From a virus, in the IMG/VR virus record IMGVR_UViG_3300045988_152045: 12,010 nucleotides of DNA. One strand, given 5' to 3'. The translations under genes and the position numbers were made by a program. Every line of letters starts with the position of its first letter. The stretch's first letter is position 1. The notes beneath the pieces were generated by a model. That model did not search any database and was not told the origin of the DNA. It saw nothing but the letters and a program-made list of their open reading frames with translations. Below, in pieces: positions 1 to 5,033 of this stretch.

Positions 1-85
1 TGCATTATTTTGTGTTGATTTTGTGTCAATTTTTGTGCATTATTTTGTGCCAAATTTTTTGATGTTTTGGAAACGTTACCAATGT
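1..85. repeat. Left inverted terminal repeat (ITR-L), 85 bp
   Basis: Checked base by base: 1-85 is the perfect reverse complement of 11926-12010, and identity stops at 86/11925. It contains an internal duplication of the terminal 14-mer TGCATTATTTTGTG (1-14 and 36-49). It also has four TTTTGTG boxes at 8-14, 19-25, 31-37 and 43-49. Confidence 0.95.
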
Positions 86-159
86 ATTATTTGTTTCTAC
101 CTATTATATAGTAAAAATGATGTTGTTTAAAATTGTTTGAAAATATTTTAAAATATCTA

Positions 160-187
160 TTGACAATAGAATATAAGGTGGTATAAT
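160..187 (+). promoter_or_regulatory. Sigma-A-type early promoter (P-left) with extended -10
   Basis: TTGACA (160-165), a 16-nt spacer, then TGgTATAAT (179-187). Phased A/T tracts upstream (TTGTTTAAAA, TTGTTTGAAAA and TATTTTAAAA at 123-153) resemble an UP element. The ATCTATTGAC, TATAATAG and AGAAAGAGAGGTA blocks are shared with the right-end promoter at 11481-11508. Confidence 0.75.
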
Positions 188-190
188 AGG

Positions 191-214
191 TTATGTAATC
201 AAGTTATTACATAA
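191..214. promoter_or_regulatory. Perfect 9-bp inverted repeat TTATGTAAT-N6-ATTACATAA at the predicted transcription start; candidate operator or 5' mRNA stem-loop
   Basis: 191-199 pairs perfectly with 206-214 (loop CAAGTT). It starts 4 nt after the -10 hexamer, so it covers the expected +1 of P-left. The geometry suits a dimeric HTH protein. Confidence 0.45.
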
Positions 215-242
215 AACAAAATAAGAAAGAGAGGTAGCAACA

Positions 243-596
243 ATGAGTATTGCTAACAAGTACAACAAAAGTAACATTTTTAATTTCACTGCACCGAAAG
301 ATTTTGAGTATTATTCATTACACGATTTATTTAACAATAATGGTAAAGATTTTGTGTATGAAATTAAAGCAATGTATATTAACAAAAAATCAAAGTTCGG
401 TGAAAGTCCAGTAATTGCAACAACAAATTGTTTTGTAAATCTTCCTAGTCATTTAACAGATACAGTAAAAGAAATGATTAGAGATACAGAAGTTGTTGAC
501 GCTGTAAATGGCGGTCATTTAGGGTTTCAAATTTACACATACGAAACCAAAAACCGTAAAGAGTTATGCTATTCGGTTAATTGGGTTGATTGCTAA
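243..596 (+). CDS. Hypothetical early protein, 117 aa (function unknown; speculative ssDNA-binding candidate by size and position only)
   Basis: ATG at 243 follows the strong SD AGAAAGAGAGGTA (225-237). It is the first gene after the consensus promoter and is followed by a hairpin plus T-run. I recognise no motif. Confidence 0.7.
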   Translation: MSIANKYNKSNIFNFTAPKDFEYYSLHDLFNNNGKDFVYEIKAMYINKKSKFGESPVIATTNCFVNLPSHLTDTVKEMIRDTEVVDAVNGGHLGFQIYTYETKNRKELCYSVNWVDC

Positions 597-620
597 ACCT
601 ATTTTGACAAATTAAACGGT

Positions 621-656
621 GGCGGTTGTGATAAAAAGCAACCGTCATTTTTCTTT
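621..656 (+). terminator. Candidate intrinsic terminator or attenuator after the first gene
   Basis: An 8-bp stem GGCGGTTG (621-628) / CAACCGTC (639-646) with one G-U pair and a 10-nt loop, followed by ATTTTTCTTT (647-656). Confidence 0.45.
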
Positions 657-675
657 AAAAGGTGGTGTTATTTTT

Positions 676-909
676 ATGAACGAATTTGATAAAAACAAAA
701 TCGGGTTATATTGTAAAAATTTTAGAGAACACATTTTACACGTTTCATTGATTGATTTTTGTAATGAAATGAATGAAAATTACAAGAATGTTTCAGCGTT
801 TGAAAATGGTCGAGCGAACAATATAAAGTATTTATTTCTTTATAAAAATATGTGTAAAAATGATAAAGAAAAAGAAATGTTTTGTACAGGGTTATTTGGT
901 GTGTTGTAA
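676..909 (+). CDS. Small XRE/Cro-like helix-turn-helix transcriptional regulator (77 aa from ATG 676)
   Basis: IGLYCKNFREHILHVSLIDFCNEMNENYKNVSAFENGRANNIKYL fits the XRE-family pattern: helix, then a (S/T)xxxhS..ENGr-type recognition helix. ATG 676 is preceded by AAAGGTGGTG. The track's GTG start at 619 lies inside the upstream terminator hairpin, so I prefer 676. Confidence 0.6.
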   Translation: MNEFDKNKIGLYCKNFREHILHVSLIDFCNEMNENYKNVSAFENGRANNIKYLFLYKNMCKNDKEKEMFCTGLFGVL

Positions 910-921
910 AGGGGGTAAAAT

Positions 922-1509
922 ATGTCAACAAAAATTGCAAGTGATGAATATAAAGCACTTAAAAAAGAAGTATCACGTATGGCAAGCATGGGAAACAAAA
1001 GATTGAAACGTCTTGAAACTAATGAATTAACAGATTTACCCTCTTATAAAAGTTGGGTTGACGGTGGTTCAATAAAGTTTAGCGTAAAAGGTAAAGACTA
1101 TAACCAATTACAAAGTGAATTTTGGCGGTTGAAACGGTTTCTTGATGATAAAACAAGTACGGTAAGAAGTGCAAACAAATTTTTGCGTGAAATGGCACAA
1201 AATACGGGTATTAAGTATAATGGTTTAGCAGATTTAAAAACAAAATCAAAACAGTTTTTTGAACTTGCTGAAAAGATTAAACAATATTATCAAAGTGCTA
1301 ATCAATCCGCTATTGCGTTAGACTATCAAAAAATATGGCAACAAATAAATACACAAATAAAGCAAGGTGTCATTAATATAGGCGGTACAGAAAGTACAGA
1401 AAGTATATTAAATAAGTATATTGCTGAAATGGATAAAGTACAACCCGTAGAAAATAAACAAGAGGGGTACAAAGATAATTCAAGTATTTACGATTTTATT
1501 CAGATTTAA
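922..1509 (+). CDS. Candidate terminal (priming) protein, 195 aa
   Basis: It lies immediately upstream of the protein-primed polymerase and is apparently translationally coupled to it, which matches the phi29 gene 3 - gene 2 order. The basic N-terminus SDEYKALKKEVSRMASMGNKRLKRL loosely recalls the phi29 TP N-terminal region (AEYARLVKNTKAKIAR, from memory). The C-terminal region is rich in Ser/Thr/Tyr. The call rests mainly on position. Confidence 0.5.
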   Translation: MSTKIASDEYKALKKEVSRMASMGNKRLKRLETNELTDLPSYKSWVDGGSIKFSVKGKDYNQLQSEFWRLKRFLDDKTSTVRSANKFLREMAQNTGIKYNGLADLKTKSKQFFELAEKIKQYYQSANQSAIALDYQKIWQQINTQIKQGVINIGGTESTESILNKYIAEMDKVQPVENKQEGYKDNSSIYDFIQI

Positions 1510-1511
1510 GG

Positions 1512-3659
1512 GTGGTGAGGTTTTTGTTAAATTATCAAGAAGTAGATTTTGAAAATATCGAATTTGAAACGGTTGCTAAATTTGATAAGCAAACAAAAAC
1601 CGTAAAACACTATATAAATATTGAATGTGGTTTTGATATTGAAACAACTTCAATGTTGATTGATGAAACACAAAAATTTGCGTTCATGTATGAGTGGACT
1701 TTTGGCATTAAAAACAAAGACTATATTTGTTATGGCAGAACGTGGGAACAATTCAAAGAGCTATGCAGTTATTTACAAGAAATTTATGAACTTTCACCCG
1801 ATAACAATATTTTAGTTGTTTACATACATAATTTTAGTTATGAGTTTCAGTTTATGCGTAAATACTTTGAATGGGAAAATGTTTTTGCAGTTGATGAACG
1901 TAAACCAATTAAGGCACTTTGTTCAATGGGTATTGAATTTAGAGATAGTTATATTTTATCGGGTTATTCTTTATCAAAACTTGCTGAAAATTTAGTTTCA
2001 CATAAAATTAAAAAATTGTATGGTGATTTAGATTATTCACTTATACGAACACATGAAACAGAATTAACAGAAAAAGAACTTGAATATTGTAACAATGATG
2101 TTGAAATAATACTTGATTATATCAATGAACAAATTGAACAATACGGAGATATAACAAAAATACCTATGACAAATACGGGTAGAGTTAGAAAGTTTGTAAA
2201 AGAAAAATGTTACTTTACAGACAAAAACCACAAGAAAAGTTCAAAAGGAAAATTTCAACGCTATAATGAGTTAATGAAAGAACTAACTTTAACAAGTGAT
2301 GAATATATTATGTTAAAGCGTTGTTTTATGGGTGGTTTCACACACGCAAGTATGTTATATAGTGAGCAACTTTTACACAACGTTGCAAGTATTGATTTTA
2401 CATCAAGTTATCCAGCGGTTATGTTGTCAGAAAAATTCCCTATGTCAAAGCCTATTCCAGTTGATTTAAAACGGGAAAATTTTTGGGAACTTTTAAAGAG
2501 TGATGATTATAGTATGATGTTTGACGTCAAATTTTACGGGTTGCATAGTAAATTAACGTTTGAAACATATTTAAGTGAAAGTAAATGTCAAATAAAAGAA
2601 AATGCAACAATAAACAATGGTCGTGTTTTTAGTGCTGATGTGGTTCAAACAACTATGACAAGTATTGATTTTAAAATAATGCAACAATGTTATAGTTGGG
2701 AACGGGTTGAGGTTGCTAATGTTTATAAGTTCTATATGCAGTATTTACCTAAAGCGATTTTAATGTCAATTCTTGAATTATACGGAAACAAAACAACGTT
2801 AAAAGGTGTAGAGGGTAAAGAGGTAGAATATTTGTTGTCAAAGGGTATGTTAAATAGTGTTTATGGAATGTGTGTTACTGATATTGTAAGAAATACAATA
2901 ACATACAATAACGGGTGGCAACTTGAAAAATTCACACAAGAAAGTATGCAAGAACAAATTGAAAAATACAATGACAGTAAAAACAGATTTTTATATTATG
3001 CGTGGGGTGTTTGGGTTACTGCATACGCACGTAAAAACTTATGGGTAGGTATTTTTAATATTGGTACTGATTATGTATATAGTGATACTGATAGTATAAA
3101 GTTGTTAAATTATGATAAACACAAACCGTTTATTGAGTGGTATAATAAGGATATTGAACGCAAGTTAAAATTGATGTGTGATTTTAGAAAAATTGATTTT
3201 AATTTGATGAAACCAAAAACAATAAAAGGTGTTGAAAAATTGATAGGTGTATGGGACTATGAGGGAATGTATGAAAATTTTAAAACTTTAGGTGCTAAAC
3301 GTTATCTTGTTTCAGAGGGTGGAAAACTACACTTGACAGTTGCAGGACTTTCAAAACAAAACGGAGTTGATTATATGTTAAAAATATGTAATAATAATAA
3401 CATTGATAAAGTTTTTGAAATTTTTAATGATGATTTATATATTCCCGAAATCGAAACGGGGAAAAATACTCATACTTATATTGATGAACCTATGACCGCA
3501 ATAGTTACAGATTATCAAGGTAATACAACAGAAATAACAAGTTTGTCAAGCGTGCATTTATCACCATGCGAATTTACTTTATCAATTAGTAAACAATATT
3601 CAAAGTTTTTACAAGATTTAAAGAACGGTTACTTGTTTACGGGTATTTCAGCAGAATAA
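1512..3659 (+). CDS. Family B DNA polymerase, protein-primed type (715 aa)
   Basis: Motifs read from the translation: Exo I FDIETT (D42/E44), Exo II YCNNDVEII, motif A IDFTSSYPAVM, motif B KGMLNSVYG, motif C YSDTDSIK, and a KxY-type GAKRYL. No in-frame ATG precedes Exo I, so the start must be non-AUG: GTG 1512, GTG 1515 or TTG 1524, next to the SD GGTGAGG at 1514-1520. The exact start is uncertain. Confidence 0.93.
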   Translation: MVRFLLNYQEVDFENIEFETVAKFDKQTKTVKHYINIECGFDIETTSMLIDETQKFAFMYEWTFGIKNKDYICYGRTWEQFKELCSYLQEIYELSPDNNILVVYIHNFSYEFQFMRKYFEWENVFAVDERKPIKALCSMGIEFRDSYILSGYSLSKLAENLVSHKIKKLYGDLDYSLIRTHETELTEKELEYCNNDVEIILDYINEQIEQYGDITKIPMTNTGRVRKFVKEKCYFTDKNHKKSSKGKFQRYNELMKELTLTSDEYIMLKRCFMGGFTHASMLYSEQLLHNVASIDFTSSYPAVMLSEKFPMSKPIPVDLKRENFWELLKSDDYSMMFDVKFYGLHSKLTFETYLSESKCQIKENATINNGRVFSADVVQTTMTSIDFKIMQQCYSWERVEVANVYKFYMQYLPKAILMSILELYGNKTTLKGVEGKEVEYLLSKGMLNSVYGMCVTDIVRNTITYNNGWQLEKFTQESMQEQIEKYNDSKNRFLYYAWGVWVTAYARKNLWVGIFNIGTDYVYSDTDSIKLLNYDKHKPFIEWYNKDIERKLKLMCDFRKIDFNLMKPKTIKGVEKLIGVWDYEGMYENFKTLGAKRYLVSEGGKLHLTVAGLSKQNGVDYMLKICNNNNIDKVFEIFNDDLYIPEIETGKNTHTYIDEPMTAIVTDYQGNTTEITSLSSVHLSPCEFTLSISKQYSKFLQDLKNGYLFTGISAE

Positions 3660-3705
3660 TAAAATGTTTCACGTGGAACAATTCAAAATGTTTCACGTGA
3701 AATAT
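3636..3705 (+). promoter_or_regulatory. Candidate late promoter with two tandem ATGTTTCACGTG boxes upstream of the packaging/structural genes
   Basis: The 15-nt direct repeat AAAATGTTTCACGTG occurs at 3661-3675 and 3685-3699, 24 bp apart. Box B, ATGTTTCACGTGAAATAT (3688-3705), is a near-perfect palindrome. Possible promoter elements are -35 TTTACG (3636-3641), an 18-nt spacer and -10 TAAAAT (3660-3665), ending at the same register relative to the box as at 8705-8710. The same box plus downstream block (TTATGAAAGTGAGGT) recurs at 8709-8745. Confidence 0.5.
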
Positions 3706-3725
3706 TATGAAAGTGAGGTTAAACA

Positions 3726-4829
3726 ATGGCAAAAGAAAAGACAAAATTTTATTCACTAAATAACATACTTTCAAAAGATTGTGTTTACAATGTTATTTTT
3801 GGTGAACGTTCAAACGGTAAAACATATAGTGTTTTAAAATATGCTATTGAACAATATATAAAAACGGGCGGTCAACTTGCGATTGTAAGACGTTGGAAAG
3901 AGGATATTGTCGGCAGACGTGCAAGTGATATATTTAGTGCATTAAATAACAATGGAGAAATTGAAAAAATAAGCAACGGAAAATATACGGGAATAACCTA
4001 TTTTGCAAGTAAATTTTATTTATGTAATTATGATGAAAACGGGAAACCCGTTTATAATATTGAAACTGATTGTGTTGCTTATGCGTTTGCTTTATCTGAA
4101 ATGGAACATAACAAAAGTATTTCATACCCAAAAATCACAACAATTATGTTTGATGAATTTTTGACAAAACACGTATATTTACAAGATGAATTTATTTTGT
4201 TTATGAACACTATTTCTACAATAGTGCGACAACGTACAAACGTTAAAATTTTCATGTTGGGTAATACCGTCAATAAATATTGTCCGTATTTTGAAGAAAT
4301 GGGATTGAACCATATTAAAGAAATGCAACAGGGTTCTATTGATGTATATACCTATGGTGAAAGCGAATTAAAAGTTGCGGTTGAATATTGTTCAAGTATT
4401 AGCAAGTCAAAAAAGAACAATTTTTATTTTGCTTTTAATAACCCGAAATTACACATGATAACCAATGGTGCGTGGGAGTTGGATATATACCCACATTTAC
4501 CTATAAAATATAAACCCAAAAATAAAATTTTTGAATATTTTATTGTGTTTGGTGGGAACACATACCATTGTGAGATTATCAATGATAACGGGGAACTGTT
4601 TACCTATATACATTTAAAAACAACAGAATTAAAAGACAATTCAAATGATTTAATATATTCACTTGATTTTAATTACAAGTTAAACTATAATAGGAATATA
4701 TTTAAACCAATTTCAGAGTTACAAAAACGCATATTGTGGTTTTTCCAAACAGACAGAGTTTTTTATCAAAGTAATGAGGTTGGAGACAGTATAAACAATT
4801 ATTTAAAAATTTGCAAAGGGGGTATCTAA
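3726..4829 (+). CDS. DNA encapsidation (packaging) ATPase, phi29 gp16-like (367 aa)
   Basis: Walker A GERSNGKT (aa 26-33) lies in the context FYSLNNILSKDCVYNVIFGERSNGKTYS...LAIVRRWKEDI. This parallels the phi29 gp16 N-terminus as I remember it (FY..ML.....NFVIGARGIGKSY...FIYVRRYK). Walker B is TTIMFDEF. The SD AGTGAGGT sits 6 nt upstream of the ATG. Confidence 0.85.
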   Translation: MAKEKTKFYSLNNILSKDCVYNVIFGERSNGKTYSVLKYAIEQYIKTGGQLAIVRRWKEDIVGRRASDIFSALNNNGEIEKISNGKYTGITYFASKFYLCNYDENGKPVYNIETDCVAYAFALSEMEHNKSISYPKITTIMFDEFLTKHVYLQDEFILFMNTISTIVRQRTNVKIFMLGNTVNKYCPYFEEMGLNHIKEMQQGSIDVYTYGESELKVAVEYCSSISKSKKNNFYFAFNNPKLHMITNGAWELDIYPHLPIKYKPKNKIFEYFIVFGGNTYHCEIINDNGELFTYIHLKTTELKDNSNDLIYSLDFNYKLNYNRNIFKPISELQKRILWFFQTDRVFYQSNEVGDSINNYLKICKGGI

Positions 4830-4832
4830 ACA

Positions 4833-5033
4833 ATGGACTATTCAACAGTTGTTCAACTTATTAACGGGGTTGGTTTCCCGATTGCGTGTTGTGTTGCTTT
4901 ATTTTATCAGAATACAAAGCAGTCAGAAAACCACAAAACAGAAATGAATGAACTGAAAACGGTTATTGAAAACAACACTTTAATTTTACGTGAATTGACA
5001 ACAAAAATTGATGATATGAAAGAGGATAATTAA
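4833..5033 (+). CDS. YvrJ-like small membrane protein (66 aa); candidate holin
   Basis: The N-terminal segment VVQLINGVGFPIACCVALFY has one hydrophobic helix with the GFP motif typical of the YvrJ family, followed by a charged coiled-coil-like tail. It is tightly coupled to neighbours (stop of the ATPase gene at 4829; TAAATG junction with the portal gene). Confidence 0.5.
   Translation: MDYSTVVQLINGVGFPIACCVALFYQNTKQSENHKTEMNELKTVIENNTLILRELTTKIDDMKEDN

Noticed and set aside
86-242. A phi29-style pRNA gene at the left end
   Set aside because: Only about 50 nt lie between the predicted +1 of P-left and the first ATG, and 86-159 is upstream of the promoter. There is no room for a ~120-170-nt RNA and no supporting structure beyond the 9-bp hairpin.
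604-635. TTGACA at 604-609 as a separate promoter for the HTH gene
   Set aside because: The best -10-like sequence (TGtGATAAA) is about 20 nt away, which is too long a spacer, and it lies inside the terminator stem. It cannot be supported from sequence alone.
619-675. GTG 619 start giving a 96-aa version of the HTH protein
   Set aside because: The extension (MAVVIKSNRHFSLKGGVIF) is encoded by the terminator-like hairpin after the first gene and has no SD. ATG 676 has AAAGGTGGTG upstream and gives a typical-size XRE domain.
722-958. 78-aa minus-strand ORF
   Set aside because: It lies almost entirely antisense to the HTH gene and the start of the TP-candidate gene, has low-complexity AT-driven composition, and has no SD.
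3934-4273. Two minus-strand ORFs (65 and 64 aa) inside the ATPase gene
   Set aside because: They are antisense to a confidently identified gene with Walker motifs, have no SD or promoter, and are typical AT-rich shadow ORFs.
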